NCBI GenBank assembly: GCA_049968255.1
Contig: JBMFRB010000003.1
Span: 96,001 to 160,000 of the forward strand
Direction of reading: 5' to 3'
From: Candidatus Sumerlaeaceae bacterium
Lineage (GTDB): Bacteria; Sumerlaeota; Sumerlaeia; Sumerlaeales; Sumerlaeaceae
Length of the DNA: 64,000 nucleotides
The notes beneath the pieces were generated by a model. The model saw only the letters and a list, made by a program, of their open reading frames with translations. It made no database searches and was not told the DNA's origin. Below, in pieces: positions 19,332 through 30,243 of the stretch (its first letter is position 1; every line of letters begins with the position of its first letter). Made by a program: the position numbers and the translations under genes.

Positions 19332-21674
19332 ATGACATTTGATGAGCGGGTACTAGAATTTGATCGCATTCGTGAACTGGTGGCGAGTCAATGCGTGTGC
19401 GACCTAGGGCGTCGGCGCATGGCCGAGGCTCAGCCGTGCGCCGATCAGGATAAGCTCGAGCGCGAGATGGAGCTTGTCCGCGAGATGATGGACCTTGTGG
19501 GACGCCGACGCGAGCCACCTATTCACGGTTTGCGCGACGTTGCCGCGCATATCGCCCGTGTCGCCCGAGAGCGGGCAATCCTAGAACCTTTGGAACTGCT
19601 GGACGTCAAAGAGTTTCTGGAAACAGCTCGCTATCTGAAACAATTTTTCGAATCCGAAGCGGTGACCGCGCCGCGCCTGGCTGAGCTGGCACACTCGCTG
19701 GAGTCGCTACCGTCGCTGCGTCGCTCGATCGACGAGAAAATCGCTCCCGACGGCACCGTGCGCGACGGCGCGAGCGAAACTCTGCGTGCGCTGCGGCGCG
19801 AGATCTTCGCCTGCGAGCAACGCATCCAAGCTGTTTTGCAGCGAATGATCCGCGAGCTGACCGACAGCGGCGACCTTCAGGATAGTTTTTTCACCCTGCG
19901 CAACAGCCGCTATGTGCTTCCTGTGAAAACCACGAACCGCAATCGCGTGCCGGGACTCATCCACGACTCTTCGAATACTGGCGAGACCGTTTTCATTGAA
20001 CCGTACGCCATCCTCGAGGATTCGAACCGGCTTAGCGAACTGCGCGTAAAGGAGCGTGAAGAAATTTACCGGATTTTACTGCGTGTAGCGGGGCACATGC
20101 GTGACGAGCTGCCGGTGCTGCAAACGGACCTCGTCATCCTCAGCGAGCTCGATTACATCTATGGCAAAGCCCGCTTTGGATTGCTGCATGGCTGCGCTTT
20201 CCCAAGGCTTCTGCCGGCGGGACGAGCCCTGCGGCTTGTAGGGGCCCATCACCCGTTACTGCGCGCAGCCTCACCGGAGCAATCGCGTCCGCTTACCCTG
20301 GAGCTCAAGCCAGAGAACAGAGTCCTCGTCATCACGGGACCCAACGCCGGCGGCAAAACGACTGCGCTAAAAACAATCGGCCTCACGGTGCTCATGACGC
20401 AGTGCGCGATCCCCAGCCCGCTGGCATCCGAAAGTGCTGTGCCAATCTTTAGCGACGTGCTTGCGGATATCGGCGACGAGCAGAGCGTGCTGGAGGGGGT
20501 AAGTACCTTCAGCGCCCATATGCAGCGGATCGCACGAATTCTGCGCCAAGTGGGGAGGGCTTCGCTTGTGTTACTGGACGAGCTGGGCACGGCTACGGAT
20601 CCGGCCGAAGGCGCGGCCCTGGCCGTGGCGATCCTCGAACGTCTGGCCGAAACGAGCGGCCTCACGGTTGTGTCCACCCACCTGGCAGCGCTCAAAAACT
20701 GGGCCGAGCAACACCCGGCAGGGCGCAACGCGTCGTTCCGCCTTTCGCAGGTGGATCACCGCCCGACCTTCGAACTGATCCTGGATTTGCCAGGCATTAG
20801 CGAAGCATTTGTCATCGCCGAGCAGGTGGGGCTTCCTCGCGCTATCATCGAGCGAGCGCGAGCCCTGCGCCCGCAAGTCGAGCATGACGCCACCGCGCTA
20901 CTGTTGTCGCTTCAGGCCAAGGAGGCTGAGCTTCGCCAGCGGATGGCAGAGGTGGAGCGCCTGCGCGAGGACCTTGAGATCGAGCGGGGCCTATTAGCTG
21001 AGGAGAAAAAGGCAGTCGAGCAAACGCGCCACAAGCTGAAAAAGGAAATGCTGGCAGAGAAAGAGGCTGCGCTGCGCGAGGCGAAAGCACGCATCGAGGA
21101 ACTGATTGCCAAGCAACCATCGAAGCAAGAGCTCACGCATGCACGGAAAGAGCTCGAGGCCGAGATTGAAAGCACCGGCAAGGAGAGGACACAGTTCGAG
21201 GAAATGCCAAACCTCGAACCAGACGCTTTGCAAGTGGGTATGCTTGTGCGTTTGCGTTCACTGCACACGGAAGGCCGCGTTGTGCGTGTGGACGCTAGGA
21301 AGCGAACGGTGACGGTGGACCTGAAGGGCGCGCTTTCGAGGGTGTCGCTGATGGAAGTCGAAAGCGTGGTGAGCGAAAAGATGCAGAGTGCTGACGGTGA
21401 GGCGGCGGTGACTCGCCACGTTAGCGCTTCGAGCGACACGCTCGATCTCCACGGGAAAACGTGGGAAGAGGCACGTTCATTATTGGAAAAGTTTCTCGAT
21501 CAAGCTATCGTGAATGGGCTGCGGTGTGTTCGTATCGTTCATGGGCATGGCGCAGGCAAGCTTCGTAAGGCAGTCAGGGAATTCCTTGAGCAAGAGCCTT
21601 ACGTAGCGAAGGTTTATTTTGCGCCGCCGGCTCAAGGTGGCACGGCTGCGACAATCGCGGAATTCAAAGATTAG
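19332..21674 (+). CDS. mutS2: MutS2 endonuclease / ribosome-collision rescue factor
   Basis: ITGPNAGGKT, ADIGDEQS..STFSAHM, LLDELGTATDP, coiled coil, KOW, and Smr domain LDLHG..IVHGHGAGKLR. Confidence 0.97.
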   Translation: MTFDERVLEFDRIRELVASQCVCDLGRRRMAEAQPCADQDKLEREMELVREMMDLVGRRREPPIHGLRDVAAHIARVARERAILEPLELLDVKEFLETARYLKQFFESEAVTAPRLAELAHSLESLPSLRRSIDEKIAPDGTVRDGASETLRALRREIFACEQRIQAVLQRMIRELTDSGDLQDSFFTLRNSRYVLPVKTTNRNRVPGLIHDSSNTGETVFIEPYAILEDSNRLSELRVKEREEIYRILLRVAGHMRDELPVLQTDLVILSELDYIYGKARFGLLHGCAFPRLLPAGRALRLVGAHHPLLRAASPEQSRPLTLELKPENRVLVITGPNAGGKTTALKTIGLTVLMTQCAIPSPLASESAVPIFSDVLADIGDEQSVLEGVSTFSAHMQRIARILRQVGRASLVLLDELGTATDPAEGAALAVAILERLAETSGLTVVSTHLAALKNWAEQHPAGRNASFRLSQVDHRPTFELILDLPGISEAFVIAEQVGLPRAIIERARALRPQVEHDATALLLSLQAKEAELRQRMAEVERLREDLEIERGLLAEEKKAVEQTRHKLKKEMLAEKEAALREAKARIEELIAKQPSKQELTHARKELEAEIESTGKERTQFEEMPNLEPDALQVGMLVRLRSLHTEGRVVRVDARKRTVTVDLKGALSRVSLMEVESVVSEKMQSADGEAAVTRHVSASSDTLDLHGKTWEEARSLLEKFLDQAIVNGLRCVRIVHGHGAGKLRKAVREFLEQEPYVAKVYFAPPAQGGTAATIAEFKD

Positions 21675-21763
21675 CCAGCCCGTTGCCTAGGCTATAGCCA
21701 CGGCAACACGGACAGCGGTGGTACTTGCTTTCGCCCCACGCGATGCAATAAGAGAAAGATAAG

Positions 21764-23506
21764 ATGGGCAGTGAGCCGGAAAAAGAATTTCTCCAGCAAG
21801 ATCAGCAGCGCCGCGATCGCGAGTCATTGTGCCATGTGGAGGATCTTCAGGGGCTCGCGGAGCTAGCCGCGTTTGCTTGCAGTACATGGTGGGCGGGCAT
21901 TGTGGCTGAACCACGCAGCGATTCTCCGCTGTGGGTGGCGTTCGGGCCGGGCGCCTCCGCACTCGGGCGCTCAGAATTGCTTTGGAAGCTTGGATCCAAC
22001 GCGAAGGAGATGCTTTCCTTCACATGCCGTGACCATCGCGGCGAAACCCCGATCCCGCCGTCGTTTGGCGGAGCAGAACTGGGAATGCTGGTGATCATGC
22101 CCGTTCTGGGGAGCGCAGAGCAGTGCCTCGCCTTCCTGTGGGTGGCTGATCGCCGTGCGCGCGGGCTCACGCAGCCGGAACTGCGCGCGCTCCGTCTGCT
22201 CACCGACGAAATCAAGCTCCGGCTTGAGCTGCGCGAGCGGCTTCACGAAAAGCTTGAAGCGTTGCAAGCGCTGGAAAAGCTCCACCAGGAACTGCGCCAG
22301 ACCAACCGCGAACTTGCAGTGGCGCGCGACCGTGCTCTTGAAGGTGAGCGGGCAAAAGCTATTTTTCTAACAAATTTAGGACACGAACTCCGTACCCCAC
22401 TCAACGCAATTCTTGGATTCACGGAGATACTGCTCGAAGAAGCGCGCGAGCTTGAGCGCGACTCACTCACCGTACCACTGGAACATGTGCACGAAGCAGC
22501 ACACCGCCTCGCCGAAATGATCGAAAACGCGCTTTACGTGGCGCGGGTGGACACAAAACGCATGCCGCTTTACTTGGAGACGTTCGACTTGGGACGTCTG
22601 CTTACCGAAACAATTGAGACAGTCCGACCCCTCGCCACGAAAAATGGCAACGAGGTGTCGATGACCTTGCCGTCGAATTTGGGCAACATCTATGCCGATC
22701 CGGGTAAGGTGCGCCAAATCGTTTACAATCTTCTGACTAACGCCTGCAAATTCACGCATAAGGGGAAAATCAGTCTCTCGGCCTCACGCGTCACGGAGGG
22801 AAGTAAGGAATGCGTCCGAATTGTTGTGGCAGACACGGGAAAAGGCTTCACCAAGGCGCAGATGGAGAAGCTCCTGGACGAGTTGGTGCCTACCGAGGAA
22901 ACTCCCGGTTCGCCGTTGAGCGGACTTGGTGTGGGGCTGGCTGTGGCCAACCGTTTCTGCAAGATGATGAATGGGTCGATTCGAGTAACGAGTCGGGTGG
23001 GGCACGGCTCACGATTTGTTGTGACCTTGCCGACCCGCGTTGAACTGCCAGAGCAGTCACCGTTTCCGAGCTCGGGAACACTTCGAGCAGTGACCTCCGT
23101 CTTGCCGGAGCCTCCCGCCACAGCTCCTCTCGTCTTGGTGATCGAAAACGATTCGACAACGCGTGATCTCGTCTGCGCCAGCTTACGACGCGCCGGCTAT
23201 CGCGCCATCGGTGCGGCTTCTGGCAAGGAGGCCCTCGAAGCCATCGAGCTGGAGCCGCCCCGCGCTATCACGTTGGATGTGAATTTAGGCGATGAGGACG
23301 GGTGGCAGCTTCTCGCAAAATTGCGGGCACTCCCAGCAACGGTCAACGTGCCGATAATCCTTGTTACCGAAACAGTGGACCAAAATCTTGCTTTCGAGCT
23401 TGGCGCCACCGACGTGGTTTCGAAGCCCGTCTCACCGAAGGGTCTCGGGGAAACGCTTCGGCGATGGGTGAGCGATAGCCCCCCAAGGCGCGGTCCTGGG
23501 AGGTAG
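21764..23506 (+). CDS. Hybrid sensor histidine kinase / response regulator with degenerate GAF-like N-terminus
   Basis: HELRTPLNAI H-box, NLLTNACKFT N-box, DTGKG, GLGVGL, and a C-terminal REC domain (ITLDVNL, SKPV). Confidence 0.92.
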   Translation: MGSEPEKEFLQQDQQRRDRESLCHVEDLQGLAELAAFACSTWWAGIVAEPRSDSPLWVAFGPGASALGRSELLWKLGSNAKEMLSFTCRDHRGETPIPPSFGGAELGMLVIMPVLGSAEQCLAFLWVADRRARGLTQPELRALRLLTDEIKLRLELRERLHEKLEALQALEKLHQELRQTNRELAVARDRALEGERAKAIFLTNLGHELRTPLNAILGFTEILLEEARELERDSLTVPLEHVHEAAHRLAEMIENALYVARVDTKRMPLYLETFDLGRLLTETIETVRPLATKNGNEVSMTLPSNLGNIYADPGKVRQIVYNLLTNACKFTHKGKISLSASRVTEGSKECVRIVVADTGKGFTKAQMEKLLDELVPTEETPGSPLSGLGVGLAVANRFCKMMNGSIRVTSRVGHGSRFVVTLPTRVELPEQSPFPSSGTLRAVTSVLPEPPATAPLVLVIENDSTTRDLVCASLRRAGYRAIGAASGKEALEAIELEPPRAITLDVNLGDEDGWQLLAKLRALPATVNVPIILVTETVDQNLAFELGATDVVSKPVSPKGLGETLRRWVSDSPPRRGPGR

Positions 23507-23510
23507 ACTC

Positions 23511-24467
23511 ATGACGTATGAGGGACGACTGATTGCGATTGTGGACGACAACGCCGACAATCGTGAGATTCTTCGGCGGCGGCTTGAGCGGCGTGGTTTT
23601 CGCGTCATAACTTTCAGTTCCGGCGAAGAGCTTCTCGCAAAAATTGAGGAAGGCGTGTTTCCCGCACTTATCCTGTTGGACCTCATGATGCCAGGGCTCG
23701 GTGGCCTGGGGACGTTGGCTCGACTGCGCCAAAACCAGCACACACGCGATACGCCAGTCATCATGGTCTCGGCAGCGGGCGAGGACGAGACAATTGTGCG
23801 GGCACTGCGCGAGGGGGCAAACGATTATGTGCTCAAGCCTGTAAATTTCGAGGTTCTGCTGGCGAGAATTGAGACGCATCTTCGGATTCGCGATGCCTTG
23901 GAAACTATTCGCGCTCAACGCGACATGATGGAGGCCTTAGCGCTGCTGGACCCGTTGACCGGGGTCTATAATCGTCGTGCCCTGGAGGGACGCCTTCGTG
24001 ACGAATTCGAGCGAGCCTGCCGTTACCGTCGCCCGCTGTCACTGATATTTTTCGACCTCGATCATTTCAAGCGAGTGAATGATCGCTACGGTCACGATGT
24101 GGGCGACGAAGTTTTGCGATCGTTTGCACGTCGCCTCCAGGAATTTCTGCGCACATCGGACATCGTTGCTCGCTATGGCGGGGAGGAATTTTGCGTGATT
24201 CTTCCCGAAACAGAGGAAAAGGATGCGTTCGCTGTAGCGCAACGGATTCGGGAGGCGGTCGCCAGTGCCCCTTGCCAGGTGGCGGAATTAGCATTGCCTG
24301 TGACCGTGAGTGGTGGAGTGGCCGCAGCTAAGTGCGACGACGAAGGGCCCATGGAGGCGCTCTTGCGGGCGGATTGCGCGATGTATTGTGCCAAGCGCGC
24401 AGGCAGAAATCGAGTGATCTTGTTTTCGCCCGAGCTCCTGGGCGAAGAAAAAAGCAATTCGGCTTGA
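23511..24467 (+). CDS. Response regulator diguanylate cyclase (REC-GGDEF)
   Basis: REC domain (VDD, LLDLMMP, KP), DLDHFKRVNDRYGH, RTSD I-site and GGEEF active site. Confidence 0.95.
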   Translation: MTYEGRLIAIVDDNADNREILRRRLERRGFRVITFSSGEELLAKIEEGVFPALILLDLMMPGLGGLGTLARLRQNQHTRDTPVIMVSAAGEDETIVRALREGANDYVLKPVNFEVLLARIETHLRIRDALETIRAQRDMMEALALLDPLTGVYNRRALEGRLRDEFERACRYRRPLSLIFFDLDHFKRVNDRYGHDVGDEVLRSFARRLQEFLRTSDIVARYGGEEFCVILPETEEKDAFAVAQRIREAVASAPCQVAELALPVTVSGGVAAAKCDDEGPMEALLRADCAMYCAKRAGRNRVILFSPELLGEEKSNSA

Positions 24468-24503
24468 AACGTTTGTAGGGCTCCGACTACTAAGGGGAAA
24501 CCT

Positions 24504-24917
24504 ATGGCGCGGGTAGTGACAATTGATGATGATGAAGACATCTTGTTCCAGCTCAGGTTTGTTCTTAGCCGGGCGGGACACCAGGTATATCCTCTTTTGA
24601 AAACCGATCGGTTGATCGAGCAGGTGCGGAAAGTCTCGCCGGACATTGTGGTCACAGACATCGTCATGCCTGGCCTTATGGGCGGTGCCGTCTACCATCT
24701 GCTACGCCAAGAGTTGGGGGGCTCCCTGCCCATCATCGTTTCCAGCGGAACCCGCTTGAAAATCAAAGGAGCTGACAACGACCCACTTCTCGATTATTGC
24801 CCTAAACCTGTGGATTATGATGAGTTGTTGCAGAAAATTGACGAGTTGCTCCGCAAAAAGCACAAGCTGCAATTGAGTGAGGATGATGACTTCGACAACT
24901 TGGATGCCGCCGAGTGA
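24504..24917 (+). CDS. Single-domain response regulator
   Basis: IDDDED, VTDIVMP, PKPV, with an acidic tail. Confidence 0.88.
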   Translation: MARVVTIDDDEDILFQLRFVLSRAGHQVYPLLKTDRLIEQVRKVSPDIVVTDIVMPGLMGGAVYHLLRQELGGSLPIIVSSGTRLKIKGADNDPLLDYCPKPVDYDELLQKIDELLRKKHKLQLSEDDDFDNLDAAE

Positions 24918-24968
24918 GTGAGCCAGAACCTGCTGTGCTCAGAGGCGCTCATAGTACTTCGATTGGGC

Positions 24969-26093
24969 ATGACTAAACGTATGGAACCAAACCCCAAAGA
25001 GCGAATCCTGGTCGTTGATGACAATGACTTGAACGTCGAGATGCTTTGCCTGCGCTTGCGCCGCAGCGGCTATGAAGCCCACGGTGTGTTTTCTGGCAAC
25101 GAGGCCCTACAGGCGCTTGACAAAGAATCCTTCGATCTCGTCGTGCTCGATATCATGATGCCGGGGATGAACGGCATCGAGGTGCTCCACGAGATTCGAA
25201 AGCGCTACACCCTCAGCGAACTGCCTGTGATCATGGCGACGGCCAAGACGGACAGCGTCGACATGGTGAAGGCGTTTGAGGCCGGTGCTAGCGACTACGT
25301 CACCAAGCCCATTGATTTGTGGGTGTTCCTCGCGCGAATTCGGACGCACCTCAAGCTGCGCCAGCTTACCAAAGAGAAAGATGAATTCTTGGCCATAGCA
25401 AGCCACGACCTGAAGAATCCGCTGAACAACATCCACGGTTATGCACAGCTACTTCTTATGATTGCGAAACCGGGCGAGCCGGTGACGCAAGAAATGCGCA
25501 CGATGCTCGAACGCATTGTTCAACAGTCGCATCTCATGCTGCGCATCATTGTGGATTTTCTCGATTACCACGCGCTGCAGGAAGGTGTGCTAACGCTCGC
25601 GCGGGAAGTGGTGGACCTCAACAAACTCGTGCAGGAATGCGTGAACGAACACATGGGCAGTGCGTCCCACAAGAATATTCGCATCGAATTTGTCCCTGCA
25701 GCCCAGCCAGCTCTCGTGAACGTTGATCCCGATCGCATTCGGCAAGTCCTCCATAATCTTTTTTCTAATGCCATCAAATTCTCGGAGCGTGGGAGCACAA
25801 TCAGAACGTGGGTGGAGGTGGTGGACGAAGAGTTCGTCAAGTTCTTCATTCGCGACAGCGGGCCGGGGGTGCAGCCGAAGGAACACGCCACGATTTTCGA
25901 TAAGTTCGGTCGGCCAGCTAGTCGCGGCACCGCAGGCGAGCGTGGGAGTGCGATCGGCCTTTCGATCGCAAAGCGTTTCATCGAAATGCACGACGGCCGC
26001 ATCGGTTGCGAGAATCACCCGGAGGGTGGTGCAGTGTTCTGGTTCGAGCTAGCGGCCTACAAACCGGCTTGCCCCACCGCGGATGGAACCTAG
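24969..26093 (+). CDS. REC-histidine kinase hybrid
   Basis: N-terminal REC (LDIMMP), SHDLKNPL, NLFSNAIKFS and DSGPG. Start is uncertain (24918-24981). Confidence 0.92.
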   Translation: MTKRMEPNPKERILVVDDNDLNVEMLCLRLRRSGYEAHGVFSGNEALQALDKESFDLVVLDIMMPGMNGIEVLHEIRKRYTLSELPVIMATAKTDSVDMVKAFEAGASDYVTKPIDLWVFLARIRTHLKLRQLTKEKDEFLAIASHDLKNPLNNIHGYAQLLLMIAKPGEPVTQEMRTMLERIVQQSHLMLRIIVDFLDYHALQEGVLTLAREVVDLNKLVQECVNEHMGSASHKNIRIEFVPAAQPALVNVDPDRIRQVLHNLFSNAIKFSERGSTIRTWVEVVDEEFVKFFIRDSGPGVQPKEHATIFDKFGRPASRGTAGERGSAIGLSIAKRFIEMHDGRIGCENHPEGGAVFWFELAAYKPACPTADGT

Positions 26094-27805
26094 CGAAGAG
26101 CTAGCGGCAAATCTCCTTTCACAGTCGCCTCGTGCTTTCGCGCTTCGGCCTGCAGCACGACGGGCGCAGGCGTGGGAAACAAGATCGCTATAGCAAAAGT
26201 GATAAACGCACCGATCATGGCGTACCATGTGAAGGCGATTTTGGGCCACCACTTTGGAAGAGCAAACGCCGGCAGAAGGCCTGGCGAAAACGCTTTGAGG
26301 ATTTCTTCGTGTTGCTGGGTCATGATGAAAGCGCTCACCAGCCCCACCGTGAGAGCGATGACGTTGCCAAGGTCGGACCCGCGCGCCTTCGTGAGCATCC
26401 CCACCAAGAACACGCCAAGCATGGGTCCGGCGAAAAGGCCTGCCACACCTAGGGCGATCGGGATGAGCCGCTGCTCGGGGTTCACCACGTTCAGGTAGGC
26501 CGTTATGGAAGCGATCAGAATCATCAAAAGAGCGAAGAAGCCGGTGAAAAAACGCGCAGCTCGGATATGGTGACGTTCGCTTCGGCGCCGCGAAAAGTAA
26601 GGCAAATACCAATCGTTTGTCACACTTGTGGCCAGGGCATTGAGTGCCGCGCTTAGGCTTCCCATCGCTGTGGCGAATAGCCCCGCCAGCACAAAGCCGC
26701 GGACAACCACTGGCATCACGTTCATGATGTAAACGCCGAAAACGTCGTTCGGTTTAGCCGGCTTGAGTTCGGGTTGCATCTGGTAAAACGCAATGAGCAG
26801 TACGCCGATGAAAGAGAAGGCCACGAAGATAGGCAGATCCATGAGGGCCGCGGTGACAAGCGAGAGACGGCTGCGCTTATAGTCCTTGGCCGTGAGCATC
26901 CGCTGCACCATATCCTGATCCGTGCCGAATGCTGCCATGTTGGCAAGGCACGTGGGGATCAGCGCCGCGATGATGGTGTAGGGCGCAGCGAGCACTTCTT
27001 TCATGAAGGCTAGTAACCATTTGCCCGTGGGAAGGTTGGCCGGAGTATTCTCCCAGCCAAAGCGCACGTAGCCACGAAGCGATTTCATCTCGGGGACATG
27101 CTGGCCCAGCACGCTAAAGCCGCGCACCATGTTGCCGTCGCCTAAATGGTAAAGCAGGGATCCGATAGCAACCAGCGCGCTCGTGAACATAAGTGTCGCC
27201 TGGATAAGGTCAGTCCAGATGACGGCCTTAATGCCTCCAATGAGAGTGTAGACGCATGTCACGGCGACGAGCAAGGTGATCGCCAGAGCGTAAGGCTGCC
27301 ATGCGTCGCCGATGGCCATATCGCGCACAGATTCGCCTTTTACAATCATTCGCCACGCCAGCACCATGACGAGAGCAGGTACGTATACCCGAACTCCCAT
27401 CGCCAGTGTGCGGAAAATGAGAAAGAGCAAAGAGACGTAATTCTTGGATCGTTGGCCAAAGCGCACCGCCAGGTAATCGTAAACGGTGTAGACCTTGTAC
27501 TCGTAGTACGGGCGTAGGAAAACCAAGCCGACCAGCACTCGGCCAAGGATGAGGCCCAAGGCGAGCTGGGCGTAGACGATACCGCGTTCCTTGAATCCCT
27601 CGGCAGGCACGGTGAGGAAGGTGGCGGCACTTGTTTCGGCAGCGATGATCGAAGCCATGACGGCCCACCACGGCATTTGGCGGCCCCCGAGCGCATAGTC
27701 GTGGAGGCTACGCTCGCGCCGCCCCATGTACAAGCCAATCGCCGTAATCGTGGCGAAATAAACTAAAATGATCATCCCATCTGTGACTAAAGCCCACTCG
27801 CCCAT
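26090..27805 (-). CDS. Sodium:solute symporter family transporter
   Basis: Many TMs. SIIAAETSAATF, YTLIGGIKAVIWTD, GTDQDMVQRML and AMGSLSAALNALA. Confidence 0.93.
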   Translation of the reverse strand: MGEWALVTDGMIILVYFATITAIGLYMGRRERSLHDYALGGRQMPWWAVMASIIAAETSAATFLTVPAEGFKERGIVYAQLALGLILGRVLVGLVFLRPYYEYKVYTVYDYLAVRFGQRSKNYVSLLFLIFRTLAMGVRVYVPALVMVLAWRMIVKGESVRDMAIGDAWQPYALAITLLVAVTCVYTLIGGIKAVIWTDLIQATLMFTSALVAIGSLLYHLGDGNMVRGFSVLGQHVPEMKSLRGYVRFGWENTPANLPTGKWLLAFMKEVLAAPYTIIAALIPTCLANMAAFGTDQDMVQRMLTAKDYKRSRLSLVTAALMDLPIFVAFSFIGVLLIAFYQMQPELKPAKPNDVFGVYIMNVMPVVVRGFVLAGLFATAMGSLSAALNALATSVTNDWYLPYFSRRRSERHHIRAARFFTGFFALLMILIASITAYLNVVNPEQRLIPIALGVAGLFAGPMLGVFLVGMLTKARGSDLGNVIALTVGLVSAFIMTQQHEEILKAFSPGLLPAFALPKWWPKIAFTWYAMIGAFITFAIAILFPTPAPVVLQAEARKHEATVKGDLPLALR

Positions 27806-28123
27806 CCTGCATTTCCTTTCCACCGGCATGCCACGCTAAAAGCCTCGAAATGGCTTCTATGACTTGGCGCACCAAAGCATCGCTTCCGCGCTGGCCTAAG
27901 CATGCCCAAAAGCAAAGGCTGGAGAATTGGGCATTGCAAGCGGTTAGGCATGTGGTACCGACCAGCGCAACTCACTGCTGCGTGGCGCCGCCATCAAAGA
28001 GCTTCCCTGCTGTCGCAAACGCCTGGGGATGACGCTGCGTGCACCTCCGGCAAGAAATCTCCTCAGCAACCACTGACTTCCGCGAGGCAGAGTCGACGCC
28101 GCCGCGGCCGCTTCTCAATCTTC

Positions 28124-28819
28124 TCAAGAAAAAAGGCTGCCTTCAGCAAGGCGAGCGACAAATTCATGCATAGAATCGACCATAGCATCGGGCCCAAGCG
28201 CCAGAAGCTCGTCACGTGTTCGTTGTCCATAGGTCGCGCAGACAACTCGAACGCCGGCGTTGTGCGCAAATTCAATGTCGGTTTCGCTGTCGCCCACCAG
28301 CACCGTTTCGTTCGGCTGGGCTTCGGCGTTTGCCATGAGATGGTGCAAGATGTCTGGCGCCGGCTTGCGGGGAAACGCATCGGACTGTCCGACAATCCAA
28401 TCAAAATGCTCTGCCACGCCAAAATGCTCGAGAATGTAGCGTGTGAGAGCGTCCGGCTTATTCGAGGCCACGGCAAGGCGCAGTCCCGCCTTATCGAGCT
28501 GATCTAGCGCCTCGGCCACGCCGTCATAAAGCGAGGTCTCTCGCACGGGGTAGCGGCGGTAATAGTCCGTGAGTACTTGCACCTTTTCGTTGAGCACCGT
28601 TTCATCCTCTGTTCCCAGCACGCCCGCCACAAGGCGCCGAACACCGCGCCCCACGTGCTTCTTCACTTCCTCGACCGTGCGCGGCGGCTGGCCATCGAGT
28701 GCAAGCATGTGGTTGACGGCGGCTGCGATGTCAGCAAAAGCGTCGACCAGGGTGCCGTCGAGATCAAAAACAACGAGCTTCAAGCCAAGCGGATTCGGGA
28801 AATCATGCGAAGTCGTCAT
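28124..28819 (-). CDS. HAD-family hydrolase (phosphoglycolate phosphatase-like)
   Basis: FDLDGTLVD, SNK, KPAP and VGDSETD motifs. Confidence 0.9.
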   Translation of the reverse strand: MTTSHDFPNPLGLKLVVFDLDGTLVDAFADIAAAVNHMLALDGQPPRTVEEVKKHVGRGVRRLVAGVLGTEDETVLNEKVQVLTDYYRRYPVRETSLYDGVAEALDQLDKAGLRLAVASNKPDALTRYILEHFGVAEHFDWIVGQSDAFPRKPAPDILHHLMANAEAQPNETVLVGDSETDIEFAHNAGVRVVCATYGQRTRDELLALGPDAMVDSMHEFVARLAEGSLFS

Positions 28820-28826
28820 ATCATCC

Positions 28827-29924
28827 TCAGAGATATTGAGTCATGCCATGCTGGCGCAGATAGGCCACAACATCTTTGACGTGCTGCGTCTCGTTGGCGG
28901 GCAACACGAGGATGGCATCGGGCGTGTGCACGACAATCATATCCTTCAGGCCTAGCCCCACCACAATGGGGCCCTCACCACACTCCGCACCGGCTGTCGA
29001 ATAGACGATCGAATTTTCTGATTTTAGCGCAATGGCATTTCCAAACAGGACATTGCCGTTTGCATCTCGCGGGAGCAATCGTGCAAGCGATCCCCACGTT
29101 CCGATGTCGTCCCAATCGAAATTTGCTTTCACAACGGCAACGTTGTCAGCCTTTTCCATTACACCCACGTCAATCGAGATTTTTTCCAGGGGCTCGAAAA
29201 CAGCGGCGAGCTCCTCGGCGCTTCCGGTCTTTAGCGCATCGGCCATGGGGGCTAGCTGTTCAAACATCCGAGGCAGATATTTTCTGAACGCTTGCACAAG
29301 CACCGAGGTGCGCCAGACGAACATTCCTGAGTTCCAGAGATGGCGCCCAGATTGCATAAACTGGCGGGCTGTTTCAGTGTCTGGTTTTTCCCGGAAGCGC
29401 GCCACGCGGTAGAGGTTCGTAAACCCTTCGATAGGCTCGCCCAACTCGATGTAGCCGTAGCCAGTTTCTGGTCGGTCGGGCGCGATGCCGAACGTCACCA
29501 GCGCGTCCTGGCGCTCCGCGTACACGATGGCTTGCGAGCAATCCTGAGCATAGGCCTGGGTGTCGCGAATGAAATGGTCTGCCGTCAGCACAACCATCAC
29601 TGTATCTGCCTCCTCGGCAAAGCGCGCTTTTACCGCTGCACACGCAAGGGCCAGGCAGGCGGCCGTGTTTTTGCCCTCTGGTTCGCCAATCACGTTGTTG
29701 GGCGGCAGCTCGCGGGCCGCTTCCTCGATGGCCGGCTTGAGGTGGCGACCAGTGATAATAAAGGTGTGCTCGGGTGCGACGAGAGGCCGGATCCGCTCGA
29801 GTGCCGCTCGCAGCATACTTCGATTGCCGGCAATTTTCAGAAGCTGCTTGGGGTAGCGCTGCCGGCTCAGCGGCCAGAAGCGTTCACCTGCTCCGCCTGC
29901 CATGATCACAGCCACACGTTTCAT
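28827..29924 (-). CDS. manC: Mannose-1-phosphate guanylyltransferase
   Basis: IMAGGAGERFWPLSR..PKQ, EPEGKNTA, ETGYGYI, FREKPD, WNSGMF and WDDIGTW. Confidence 0.93.
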   Translation of the reverse strand: MKRVAVIMAGGAGERFWPLSRQRYPKQLLKIAGNRSMLRAALERIRPLVAPEHTFIITGRHLKPAIEEAARELPPNNVIGEPEGKNTAACLALACAAVKARFAEEADTVMVVLTADHFIRDTQAYAQDCSQAIVYAERQDALVTFGIAPDRPETGYGYIELGEPIEGFTNLYRVARFREKPDTETARQFMQSGRHLWNSGMFVWRTSVLVQAFRKYLPRMFEQLAPMADALKTGSAEELAAVFEPLEKISIDVGVMEKADNVAVVKANFDWDDIGTWGSLARLLPRDANGNVLFGNAIALKSENSIVYSTAGAECGEGPIVVGLGLKDMIVVHTPDAILVLPANETQHVKDVVAYLRQHGMTQYL

Positions 29925-30243
29925 CCTTCACGTTCCTCCCTTGTTGAGTTATTGAAGCGTTTGATCCACTCGGGCCTTGTCAAACCGTTGCGAAAATCGC
30001 GAACACACATCGGCCAGGCACAGCCAGCGCCTGGCCACACAGCAAACATGACACTAAAACGGCTTGCGCCAGAGCAACTAGCAAGAGACATTCCTAAGGG
30101 TAGGGTGAGAAAGCTGCCCCCGTGCGCATGCACTTCGCAGCCTGCTGGGATGCTCCGAACACTTTGCCATGCGACCACTTGCGCATTGCAAACGTTGGCC
30201 TGAGGCGAAAGCTTGTGGACCAGCAAAGCAAGGAGCCGAGATC

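Noticed and set aside
18750-19342. ORFs between cusA and mutS2
   Set aside because: Several overlapping short frames with no motif or RBS; likely non-coding.
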